This document shows positions 36,901 to 47,300 of a stretch of 64,000 nt of DNA, one piece after another. Each line of letters starts with the position of its first letter. The first letter of the stretch is position 1. The translations under genes and the position numbers were made by a program. The stretch comes from a virus, in IMG/VR virus record IMGVR_UViG_3300025127_000012; one strand, written 5' to 3'. Under the pieces are notes generated by a model, which saw only the letters and a program-made list of their open reading frames with translations, ran no database searches and was not told the DNA's origin.

Positions 36901-39900
36901 GATAGTAGTATTACCATCGACAGTAAGAGTGCCATCAACCTTAGTATTACCGTCAACATTTAAGTCTCCATCCACGTCAGCGTGGTCTGTTATGTTTACT
37001 GTACCACCAGCAGAATCTAATATTAGATTACCAGATGATGTAGATATTTCGTTAGCAGCATCAGTACCAACTTTAAGGTTTCTGATGTTAAATCTTGCAT
37101 TACCAGTTACTGCCTGATTGAACTGTACAGTACCAGTAACAGCGTGTGAGTCACCCGCCTGATTACCAATCGTAGCGTTACCATTGACAGTGAATGTACC
37201 ATTAGCAAATGTGTTACCTGTCTGGGCATCAACTGTAAATGTAGAAGCAACAGCGAAGTCATCTGTTACATCGAGCGTGCCAGTGATATCGACATTTCCA
37301 CCAAACGATCCATTGTCTCCGACTGTGAGATCATCACCGACGTATAGATCCAATCCGATACCAGCACCGCCCCCAACGATGAGAGTCCCAGTAGCACTAT
37401 TCGTTGCATTTGTTGTATTAAATAATTTTATGGACCCTGCGTCAATTCCTGACTTGGTACCACTGAACACCTCCGAGTTGTTTGCTGCATCATGTAAGAA
37501 TACATATCTTAATGCAGAATCATCCCACCCGAAGAATCCTATTTTAGCAGAAGAATTGAAATAACGGAACTCCACACCACGATCTTTTGCATCGTCAGAT
37601 CCAGGAGCAGTGTCTCCACCCAATGTAATTATGGGGTCATCTAGTGTAACCGTAGTGCTGTTAACAGTTGTTGTAGTTCCATTGACTGTTAGGTTACCTT
37701 CTATTAATGCGTTTGTATTTACAGTTAGACTTCCATCAACTGTGACATTATCTGTAAATTGTGAAACAGAATTTACTGTAAGAGTATCGGTGTTTGCATT
37801 ACCGATAATTACGTTGTCAGTAAATGTTGCTAGATCATTGATTGTGGTATTACCATGAACAGTTAATGTACCTGTGCCTTGTCCACTTCTACCAATGATT
37901 GTATTACCATTATCAAAGTCAATAGAGAACTGTGTCTGTGCAGCGTTGTTATTAATGTTTAATACTTCGTTGTCAGACTGTAAGATTAGAGAATCATAAA
38001 TTGTTGTTTGACCATCAACTGTAAGAGTTGAATTGAAATCTACTGCTTGATCTACATTAAGAGTAGAATCAAAATCTACTGCCTGATTAACTGTAAGGTT
38101 ATCAGTAAATACAGCGTCAGCATTTACTGTAAGATTATCAGATGCTTGGTTACCTAATGTTGTATTACCATTTACAGATAGGTTTGTCTCGAAGATAGCA
38201 TTAGATCCTACATCTAATGTACCTCTGATATCTGTATTACCATTTGTAGATAGAACAGAGAACTTATCTTGTGATCCATTTGTGATCTTAAAGTTCTTAC
38301 CAGTTGTATCAAGAGTGATGTTGTTATGGAATAATGAGTTGCCATCAACATCTAATTCTGCATTTAATGTAACGTTGTTATCAACATCGAGAGTACTGTT
38401 GAGTGTAACACCACTGTCTACATCAAGAGTACCATCTGTGTGTATATTACCATTGTCAGTATCTACCTCAAACTTACTGACACCAGCAGCAGTTTGAATA
38501 TCAAACTTTTTATTGTCTGCTTTTATTATTAAGTTATCTGTTATCTCAGTTTCTAACTGTACATCTAATGTACCTTCGATTACTGTATTACCTGTGCTTG
38601 ATGCAACTGTAAATTTATCAGTTGTACCAGATCTTACTGCAAAGTTTGCATCAATATCAACTGTGCCATCTATCTCAACGTTACCATTCAAGTGGGTTGT
38701 ACCACCAACGTTAAGATTTTCAGAAATTCCTGCACCACCAGTTACAACTAATGTACCTGTTGTAGGTGTCTTCCAAGTAGATCCTGTGTTTGTTGTTAGT
38801 CTGAGGTTACCAGCGATGATAGGAGCATCAGTACCAGTAAAAACTTCACTTGTGTTAGTCGCGTTGTAGAGGAAGCGATACCCACCAGTGCCAGACCACA
38901 TGTTAGCGTTCGCATAATCTTCGTCCCACCCATAGAATCCTTTTCTTGCCTGTGTATCGTAATAAGAGAACTCGACACCACGATCCTTATTGTCATCTGA
39001 TACAGGTGTAGTATCTCCACCTAATACAATGATAGGATCATCAATAGTTACAACAGTTGAGTTAACAGTTGTTGTAGTACCATCTACTTGTAAGTCACCA
39101 CGAATCTGAACTTTACCAGTTGCAGTATCGTCATCACCTGGGTCTAAGATCATAGTAGCAGCAGTGCTACTTAGAGTATCATCTTGGAATTGGAAACCTT
39201 CTACGTTTACTCTATTAGAAACGTTAGTTGCATTGATTGTAATATCATTTTCTGATGTGATATCAATCTTTGCATCACCAGCACCAGAGTTTGTAGCGTT
39301 GATTAAGACTGTTCTAGCACTAGAACTGTTTTGAGTTAACTGGAATGTTAAATTACCATCACCAGTCTTATCAAGTTTCTGATCAACAGAACCATCAAGT
39401 GTAATGTCAGGATCACTATAATATGATCTGACGTTTATGTCAATCTCTCCTGCTCCACTATCACCAGTGTTATTAGCACCAACTAATAGGTTACCACTGG
39501 TATCATTAATTTTAATATAGTTTAAGTAATTGAATCCTCTGTAACCTGTGGTTGCAGTTAATTCTTGATCTAGTTCAAAGTCTTCTTTTGTATTACCGTC
39601 TGCAAATGAAACTCTGTTATTTTGTAGTTGTGTATTATCTACCCCTGCCTGTGCAATAGTAACGAAACCACCTTCGTAGTTACCAGCAGCATTCCATGAT
39701 GTTACATCAAAATCTTCTTGGTTGAATGATGCTAGACCTTTCTGTGGACTTAGAGCAGATCCGAGATATCTCCAAGATCCTGTATCACTGGTGTCGGTGT
39801 GTGTAGGTTCGCTGCCACCACTGTTAATAGGAGCGATAGCCTCATAGAGGCGATCATTTGAATTTTTAACCTTTGCATATCGTGCATATGTTGTTCCTGA

Positions 39901-40782
39901 GTTCCATGCTGCTGATTCTGTACCCTGTGTAGCAGTAGCAATAGGTGCTGTTGCTGCATATGTTAATCTACCATATCTGTCTACTGTAAAGTCAGGTGTA
40001 TTAACTGTTTGGTGAATACTTGATGTTTCTGATACAGATAACTGAGGTTGATCTAATGATACAGATCCTGTTGGGTTGTATGATCCAACAACAACTGGTG
40101 TATCAGCAAGTCCTACCTGTGGGTCACCTGTTGCACCAGAACCATTGGTCATAACGATCTGACCAGATGCACCTGTAATCTGTCTAGTTACAGCAGTTCC
40201 ATTTCCAGTTCTTGATAATAAACCAAGAGATGTTATAGCAGCAAGTGCAATTAGATCTGGGTCACTTGGTGTCGCGTCAGTGATACCATATCCTGCTAGT
40301 GTTGTAGGGTTATTAGCAGTAGTAACACGACCACGAGAGTCAAGTGTAATTTGAGTATAAGTTCCAGTCGCGCTAAGATTGTTTGCGTCATAGTGAGGTA
40401 GACCTGGTTGGTAGTTTAGTTCAGCAGTAATGTTAATGTTTGCAGAACCATCAAAACTAGCAGAACCAGTCATGTCACCTGTTAGGGTGAATGATCTAGC
40501 GTTAGCAAGTCTAGTCGCAGTAGCAGCGTTACCAACGATTGAAGCAGTAATGGCACCCGCTTCAAAGTTACCGTCAGCGTCACGCTTAACAAGTGTATTT
40601 GCAGTATTACTTTCAGTTTCTAGTGGACGTTCATATTTCAGTGAGTTCCATGGTGTAACACCATCACCGATTTTTAGACGCGAGGTATCGAGTTCAATAC
40701 CAAGTTCGCCCTGTGCAAGAATTGGGTTGACGTTTGCCCATTGCTGTGCACCGTCACGTCGTAGTTGTAGTCTATTTGCCAT
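33946..40782 (-). CDS. Large fibre protein (2278 aa)
   Basis: Mtd_N-like RLQLRR..W...NP.LA.GE.G.E.DT..LKIGDG..W; many LxVxG beta-helix repeats; C-terminal tandem repeats. Confidence 0.85.
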   Translation of the reverse strand: MANRLQLRRDGAQQWANVNPILAQGELGIELDTSRLKIGDGVTPWNSLKYERPLETESNTANTLVKRDADGNFEAGAITASIVGNAATATRLANARSFTLTGDMTGSASFDGSANINITAELNYQPGLPHYDANNLSATGTYTQITLDSRGRVTTANNPTTLAGYGITDATPSDPDLIALAAITSLGLLSRTGNGTAVTRQITGASGQIVMTNGSGATGDPQVGLADTPVVVGSYNPTGSVSLDQPQLSVSETSSIHQTVNTPDFTVDRYGRLTYAATAPIATATQGTESAAWNSGTTYARYAKVKNSNDRLYEAIAPINSGGSEPTHTDTSDTGSWRYLGSALSPQKGLASFNQEDFDVTSWNAAGNYEGGFVTIAQAGVDNTQLQNNRVSFADGNTKEDFELDQELTATTGYRGFNYLNYIKINDTSGNLLVGANNTGDSGAGEIDINVRSYYSDPDITLDGSVDQKLDKTGDGNLTFQLTQNSSSARTVLINATNSGAGDAKIDITSENDITINATNVSNRVNVEGFQFQDDTLSSTAATMILDPGDDDTATGKVQIRGDLQVDGTTTTVNSTVVTIDDPIIVLGGDTTPVSDDNKDRGVEFSYYDTQARKGFYGWDEDYANANMWSGTGGYRFLYNATNTSEVFTGTDAPIIAGNLRLTTNTGSTWKTPTTGTLVVTGGAGISENLNVGGTTHLNGNVEIDGTVDIDANFAVRSGTTDKFTVASSTGNTVIEGTLDVQLETEITDNLIIKADNKKFDIQTAAGVSKFEVDTDNGNIHTDGTLDVDSGVTLNSTLDVDNNVTLNAELDVDGNSLFHNNITLDTTGKNFKITNGSQDKFSVLSTNGNTDIRGTLDVGSNAIFETNLSVNGNTTLGNQASDNLTVNADAVFTDNLTVNQAVDFDSTLNVDQAVDFNSTLTVDGQTTIYDSLILQSDNEVLNINNNAAQTQFSIDFDNGNTIIGRSGQGTGTLTVHGNTTINDLATFTDNVIIGNANTDTLTVNSVSQFTDNVTVDGSLTVNTNALIEGNLTVNGTTTTVNSTTVTLDDPIITLGGDTAPGSDDAKDRGVEFRYFNSSAKIGFFGWDDSALRYVFLHDAANNSEVFSGTKSGIDAGSIKLFNTTNATNSATGTLIVGGGAGIGLDLYVGDDLTVGDNGSFGGNVDITGTLDVTDDFAVASTFTVDAQTGNTFANGTFTVNGNATIGNQAGDSHAVTGTVQFNQAVTGNARFNIRNLKVGTDAANEISTSSGNLILDSAGGTVNITDHADVDGDLNVDGNTKVDGTLTVDGNTTIGNASGDSHSVTGTVQFNQAITSTDITADAIKIGVDANNEISTTTGNLILDSQGGKVHITDNAEVDGSLQVDGNTTLGDANTDSLTVNATSDFNAAITSEQITAKNIKIGVDGTSEISTSTGNLTIDSATGETIVDDNLTINGTLDVDNLTTITDGLTVKADNKVVAIQTAGGVNKLTVDTDNGNTDIQGTLDVNGATTITNTLNVTNNVDLDQQLNVDGNATFQSNVTVNGDNLVFAVENQAGTTQFTIDSDNGNTNIGGTLVVDETVDVTGIVTSNNFLKAVNSTNPANLSANAALMVTGGATIGADLFVNTGFKVGANAATKFSVAGGTGNTDITGTLDVTGNTTLTTLDVSTIDTTGATTIGGTFNVGTSKFTVLSNSGNLDMAGTLDVGGRTIIDDTLQVTQNVDFDSDLNVDGNAQIDGTLTVDSATTIKDNVIVRGSTKTLKLQNGSNQDKITFHSTSGNAEITGLSTLGSLGVTNNATIGGTLGVTGQITGNVTGALTGNADTASLVDVTETASTNLDFFPTFVSATSGNTEIRTDSTNLRYNPSSNRLTVTNFRSTTDFEVQGNLTITGAITYGQAQVGSIANHDTDALAEGSTNLYFTNERVDDRVAALIDGGTGISATYNDSGNILSISADFTEFDTDNVVEGSSNKYHTQARVRNSFTYGTGIQHDGSGGLQVTQSDINTDNITEGSTNLFITAARTRGHLSATGDLSYNASTGVFSYTIPTTIASLSNHDTADLAEGTNLYFTNARADARADARIAAADTDDLSEGSSNLYFTNARADARIAAASTSDLSEGSNLYFTNARADARIAAASTSDLSEGTNLYHTTARARSAISAGGDLSYNASTGVMSVTLPTVFSGAYNDLSGKPTLFSGAYNDLTGKPTLFSGAYADLTGAPSLGAVATSNDYDDLSNKPTLGTAAATNTTAYATAAQGTKADANDTDIDDIYTQLVAIGNDNSITTVTALKNALLALARS
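34180..34305 (-). repeat. Three 42-bp coding tandem repeats (FSGAYxDLxGKPTL)
   Basis: Near-identical gcaccagagaataatgtaggtttaccag units. Confidence 0.85.
34380..34690 (-). repeat. About four 75-90-bp coding repeats (TxDLxEGxNLYFTNARADARIAAA)
   Basis: Repeated peptide; more degenerate copies extend to about 35130. Confidence 0.8.
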
Positions 40783-40816
40783 TGTTTATATCGAATGACA
40801 CAAGGAGGTCTCCTGT

Positions 40817-40824
40817 TATTTATA
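40817..40824 (-). promoter_or_regulatory. T4-type late promoter (fibre-g13 operon)
   Basis: TATAAATA. Confidence 0.8.
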
Positions 40825-40838
40825 CCGCAAATACGATG

Positions 40839-41069
40839 CTACTCGACTGATGCTGGTGTTCCTGGTGCTTCCTCTGTCTTTGCTTCTGGTGTATGTGGAT
40901 AAAGATATTCCAAAGTTTCTATCGCACCTAACAGTTTTAGTGCAGTAGTTTCATTGTCTCTAATCTTATTACTTAATGATTTGTTCTCATCAAGTATCTT
41001 TTGATAGCGGGTCTTGAACCCTTCAAGTAGTTCATCAGGTGAACTGTTTTCTTTCACATCAACTGTCAT
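40839..41069 (-). CDS. Hypothetical coiled-coil protein (76 aa)
   Basis: LKLLGAIETLEYL; overlaps the upstream ORF. Confidence 0.7.
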   Translation of the reverse strand: MTVDVKENSSPDELLEGFKTRYQKILDENKSLSNKIRDNETTALKLLGAIETLEYLYPHTPEAKTEEAPGTPASVE

Positions 41070-41307
41070 TTTCTTTGTTAATAAGTTTCAGTAGTAAATT
41101 TTTGATGTCAGAAACATCAGATTTAAGTTCGTTTACTTCACCTTGCAGATCAGTAAATTCCCTCTTCTTCTTTTGCCTTTGATTATACGACTGCATATAT
41201 TTATCGTACTCGTCAGAGTCCCGATACACAATCGCATTACTTTCGCTATCACGAAACAAACCTTTATTTTCTTCTCCTTCAACAGGGATGAATCTAGGTT
41301 TATCCAT
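41059..41307 (-). CDS. Hypothetical protein (82 aa) following the VrlC-like gene
   Basis: VEG...LFRD..SNAIV..D...Y..Y plus coiled coil; TAATG coupling. Confidence 0.75.
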   Translation of the reverse strand: MDKPRFIPVEGEENKGLFRDSESNAIVYRDSDEYDKYMQSYNQRQKKKREFTDLQGEVNELKSDVSDIKNLLLKLINKENDS

Positions 41308-44300
41308 TATGATGCAAAGGCAATAGCACGAAGATCTTTGATGAGAGGAACTTTTGCTTGGTTCATCGCTTTCATAACAATCTTGATCTGGAATGCTTGG
41401 AACTCCTGACCTTCAACTGTGTATTCAAAGTCTTCCCATTCTTCCTCACCGACATTGGTTGAACCGACATCTGGTACAGGTATCTTAACAAATCCAACTT
41501 CATTCATTGGTTTGTCAGATCCTGCTTTTTGAATACGGTAATATATGTCGATAGTAGAATCTCCATAACGTTGCATGGAAATCATGAGGCGAATACTTCT
41601 TGATATGTTAGCAAGTTTTGCTATCTTAGTCAAGTAAATTGCTTCGTTTTGATCACCACCAGCGAGTAATGAAACATCACCTGTGGTATCTATCTCACTC
41701 TGTATTCCCAAGACTTGTGGACCACCTGGCCACTTGTTGATCCTATTTGATGTAGTAATTACAGAGACACGATCAAGGTCAATAACAGGAGTTAGATTGT
41801 CCTTCTCAGTCATCATGTTAATTCTCATAGTTAGAGACTTAGAACCTTCTAGTTTATTTGCTTCATTAATATTGGAACATATAATTCTAGGATTATCATA
41901 ATAGTTCTCTTCATTCAACTGGATCTCATCATATTGACCATTGTTAACGAATGATGCTTGGTCAACAACTTGTCCACCAGTACCGATAGATGTACCAGAT
42001 GTGGTATTCAAGGTAGGTGCTATATCAGTTTCTTTGAAATTTAGAACCTGTATAGTAGGTGTGATAAGTTCAAATGGTATGTTCTGTGATGCACTGACGT
42101 TAGATCCACCAGTTGCTATACCGACACTAGCAACAGATTGTGTTGATAGTGAGTAAGTATCAAGAGTAGGATCTCCGATAGCAGTGTGAACTTTGTTGAT
42201 TTCTGTTAGTGGTACACCATCAAGATTATAACATCTTACAGTTGTTTCTGATGGCCATGTGAGTGCAGCACCTGTGTTCATAACAGCAGATGTAATACCT
42301 CTACCAGATGGTGCAACAGTAATCTCTTTACCGTTATCTGATATTGCTGAGTAAGCAATAATCTCTTTTGCAGAAACAACATGCATGATACTTCTCCATG
42401 CTTCGGTTGCATCATCGTCACCACCAGGAGGTGATGGAGGATCAAGAGCAAGGTTATCTGAACTCTCACCAACTAACATCACATATCCTGGGTTAGTTGT
42501 ACTAATAGGTTTACCGTTAACTACCTTATGGAAACTTCCTGCATCATTTACTGACAATGTAGTAGCAGTAGATGATAAGTTAGATGTTAACGTAGTTGCT
42601 GGTATCTCTGAAACAACGTTCTTTAACTCAACGTTATTTGCTCTATTGTGCATACCATGATTAGGTTGGTATACAATAATTTTCTTGTCTCCTGCTCTTA
42701 CAGTAGGTTGTGATACAGGGTATCCTGTATATGAGTCACCACTATATGATGCAGATGAGATAGTACCACTTACACCACCAGGTTCTGACAGTGTATCGTT
42801 ACCAACGTCAAATGCTTTGGAAACATAGTTAGCAGTTATAGTAGATGTACCAGTATCATATGCAGTAACAGTTGCAGTAGCACCAGAAGATGATCCAGTG
42901 ATTACATCACCAACTTCAAACACACCGTTAGATATTGCTGATAAAACAATAGTAGCGGATGACTGTGATGACTTCATTGCGTTGGTAATATTACCAGAGT
43001 TATCTACAATACCTTGTACGAATGTACCACTGATATCTGTAACAGTTAGGACTTGTGGATCTGATGTAGAATCAAATTCTTTAACTGTACCCTGTGCATT
43101 AGATGGTGACTGTATAACTCTTGCACCCACAGTGAATGCGTAAGTTACACCAGTTGCTAATGTAATGTTTTGTTGTGGTTGTATCGTTGTAATAGGATTG
43201 TTTACAAGCGATGCAAGACCATCATTACCAGCACCAAGTGATGCGTTATTGAATACAGCACTACCAGTTACACTTGTATTGAACTTCGCTCTATAAAGAT
43301 TAAATTTCAAATCTTCATATTGGTCAGCAGTCCATGTAGATGCGTTCTGTGATTTGAATAGAACACCAGCATAAGGTTGTTCAGATATAGTTCTTGTACC
43401 TGTGATATCAATATCACCCATACGAGATATCCATACCTTGTATTCGTTAGAGTCAGAGAATAGAACAAAGCAATGTTCTTCTGATTCTGGAATGTACACA
43501 GGTGCAGGGAACTCAAACTTAGTTGCAATAGATGCGTTCTCTGATATCTCAACCTGTGATGGAATCAATGTACAGTCAGAGAAAGGTAGAATGTCCTTAG
43601 TAGGATAACCATTCTCCATAGGTCTGATCTGCATAGAGATAGGGATCTTTTGATCCTTAGTTGCAAAGTAGATATCAACACCAGTTACAAACATACCACC
43701 TTGTGCTTCAAGTAGGAATGATTGTGCTAGTGGATCCCACCAACCAACTTGTCTTGTGTTTGTTCTCACCGACCTTACTGTCCTTCTATCATTGACAGTA
43801 TCACGAACGATAGATGCGTTTCTAACTGCAAGTACGTTCTCTTGTAACGTATTCAATGTACCTCTTGCAGTATATTCTGCCTCAGCAGCAGAATCAACAG
43901 CACCTGGTAACCTACTATCTTGCTCAGAAGATGTTAAACGCATAGTTCTGGAACCAGTTGCCCATCTTGGGTTCGCGTCTCTTCTTGGGTTAGGTATAAA
44001 GAATGTTCCTTTTACAATACCCAAGAGATCGGAGATGAGACGACGATCTTTGACAACAGCACGAGCACCAGATGTTTGACCTAGTAGTACTTCTCCCACT
44101 GCTATATTTCCGTAAGAGTCTCCTCTTGTTTGTCTTGCAATCTCAGTTGTATCAATATTTAAGACTGCGGTTTGTGATGCATAAGAGTCTGGTAATGAAT
44201 CATTAGTTGCTGTATAAGGGTTAGTTGTTAGACCATTATTAGGTGCTACAACTTTTAAACGACAACCTGAGTTCAATCCAATAACAGTTTCACCAATAAC

Positions 44301-47300
44301 AAATGGTGTCTCATTTGTCTTAGGATCTTCTGATGAGTTCTTAACTAATTCAATTAGTTTTGGAGTAATGTAATTCATTACATTATCACCATCAAAGAAT
44401 CCATACATTCTTGTTTTTGGTTTTACACGTTCTACATCAAATGCAACGTTCCTAGATCTGATCCATGGTATAAATGTGCTATCAATAATACTATCACCAA
44501 GTGAACGTCTGTCAATTCTAGGTACAACTCTGATACGAGTACCAGATCTTACCTGACGACGAGTTGTAGTAATAGTCTCACCCGCTAGGACTCTTCTAGG
44601 TGTACCCCTAGCAAATGTTGTTTCCCTCCATCTTCTTGTCTCTGACCTTCTAGTACCTGTCCAGTTAGTTCTCCATGCATTCCATTGTATAGGAGCAAAT
44701 CCAGCATTGTTAGTTCTGAATCTACGTCTTGTTGCAGTGAAGTTACCTTCAATAGATGTAACTCTTGTAGGAGCACGTCTTGTATCTGTCCAGTCATCAG
44801 ATGCTGGAAGTAAGTCAATACGTCCTATGAATGTGAATACGTTAAATGGGTTAACGTTTTCCATTCTAGAAGCATAAGGTTGGATAATGATTGCTTCTTC
44901 TTCGTATGGAAGAGTCAATACGTTAGCACCTGTCTTACCAGAACGAAGTGATCTAGTATTATGGTCTGTTATATTACTTGATGCACTACCACTAAATTCA
45001 AGAGATATATTAGAGGTGTAGTGTGAAGGACGTAGTATACCATTATTAAAGTCCATAGAACACTTGAAGTCTATATTCTCAACAGCAGAAGTAGAATGAT
45101 CTGTAAAGTCATCTACCATGAAACCGTTTTTCAATCTATCAAAACCATCAGAGTCAAACGCTCTTGTATTTCTAGCGTCTGCTTCTAGTAATGATAATGA
45201 TGTATAGTATTCAAGAGACTGTAAACGTCTATCCATGTTACCTATGTCTTCCATAGTGTAACGACGTTGCTGGTTCAGTGTAATTAAGATGTCCTCTTCT
45301 ACATCATACACATAAGGTTCGTATTGAATTTTGGCAAGTAACATTGCTTTATCAATGTTATCTGCTTCTGGGGGATCTTCATTAGGAACACCCATGGAGA
45401 GTTTTAGATCTCCATCATGTGTCATGAAGAGTTTGTCCTGACGTGGTAGATAGTAGTCGTAGTCGGCACGGAAGAATTCTTCTACTTTGGGTATATTAAA
45501 AATAGTAGAACCACCAGCACCACCTGTGCTTGTAAAAATACGAGAGTCGAAGTCAAGAGACTTACAATTTGTGAAGTACGGTTGCTCCACAGTACCAGAA
45601 CCACTAGCAAGTTCACCAACACCAGGACGGAAATCGATTCCATCTGTTAAGTACTTTGAGTTGCGTTCAGATCTGTACTTAGGTATCTCAGAGAATGATA
45701 TACCAGAGTAAGATTGGTTAGAGAAATAATCGCCAGATGGTTCGTGAATAAAGTAGTCAAATACAACAGCGAGTTTTCTCTTTGGTTCGCTGGTTCCTGC
45801 CTTCCTAACAATTTTTGATACACCATACATGAATGGTGTTTGGTTTGAATCTAGGTCAAAATTACCTGAGATGTCTCTGGATCCTCTTTCGATTGCTCCA
45901 TCACCATCCTCGGTAACACCGACAAGTGCATTCAAGTCAGCATCAAATCCATCAATAGTTTCACCAGTTCCAAAGTAATCAGAACTTAATGGAACTACAT
46001 ACAACCTATTGTTGTTGGAGTTGAATGATACTACCCTTGCCCTTGCACCAGATGTTCTTCCTACAACAACACTACCGTTGTCGAAGAATACGTTTTCTGT
46101 TAGTACAACGTAAGGGACTTGTGCATCATTGTCATCAGTAGATTCATATACAGCATGCACTTTATAAACGTCATTCAATGCAAAAGATATTTCTTCATCT
46201 TCAATTCTTGTACCATACAAGTTACCAAATGCTAATCCGTAATTCATTACATCATTCTGCTCTCTGGTTCTGATAACCTTCATGGTTCTCATCTTAGCAG
46301 CAGTTTTAATTTTCTTAGATACAGTGTTTACAGATACAGCAGCAGTCAGTGTAACACGAGTAATGTTAGCACTACCACCAGAACCATTGTTAATACCAGT
46401 AATTTGTAGTGACTGTCTGTTAGCACCAAATGAAACTGAGATAGTAGGTGATTGTTTTGTGGATTCATTCTCAATATCAAGGTTAGTACCTGGGGACCAA
46501 CCATATCCTGTGTTGGAGTTAGATCCAGTAACGATAGTTAAGTTATAGTTCTCGTTATCTAATGTAGTAAATTGTTCGTTCTCTGGTAGTGTAAATGTAA
46601 CGTCACCAGATGATAACTGTTTGTTATAGAAAGTCTTGATAGATGTAAATGATTCATCAGCGATAGACTTGATTGCCTTCTTAGGCATATCAATTACAAG
46701 TTCACCGTCTCTTACATTCTTCTGTGTAAAGATAGGACGTAAACGTGTAAACTGAATAGCAGGATATTCTGCATCAGTTATACTACCTTTTGTTAAACTA
46801 GAATCTAATACAGCAGTCTGTAATCCAAAATCAAATACAGGAGTTAGACCAGAACTCTTTCTATTAGCAGAAGTAAATGCAATGCTAGTAGAATCTATTC
46901 TCTTAACTCTAAGTGATGTCTGACCTTTGTTGGTAGTAGCAACAGGAGATATAACTTCACCAGGTCTGATATCAGCAGAGAATGCAGTATCGAAACCACT
47001 GATTGTCTTAGTAGAAGATGCTTGGTCAACTGTAACTGTTTTACCAATCAATGATATTGATTCATTTAATGCTAATGATGCAGTAAATGTCACGGTAGCA
47101 GAAGTTGATGGGTCTTCATATCCAACTACCTGACGTACATCAGATTGTTCATAGTTGAATACAGCAGAACATGTATCTAATACACGACCATCTCTTTCTA
47201 GAACTTCTCCTATTTGGAACTCACCAGATACCTGATGAACAACAGCAGAGTCACCAGATGCTTCATATACATATCCTCTTGCACCAGATGAACGTCCTAT

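Noticed and set aside
40600-40782. Mtd-like N-terminus suggesting a diversity-generating retroelement
   Set aside because: Only the anchor domain is present; no reverse transcriptase or adenine-specific TR/VR pair was seen in the window
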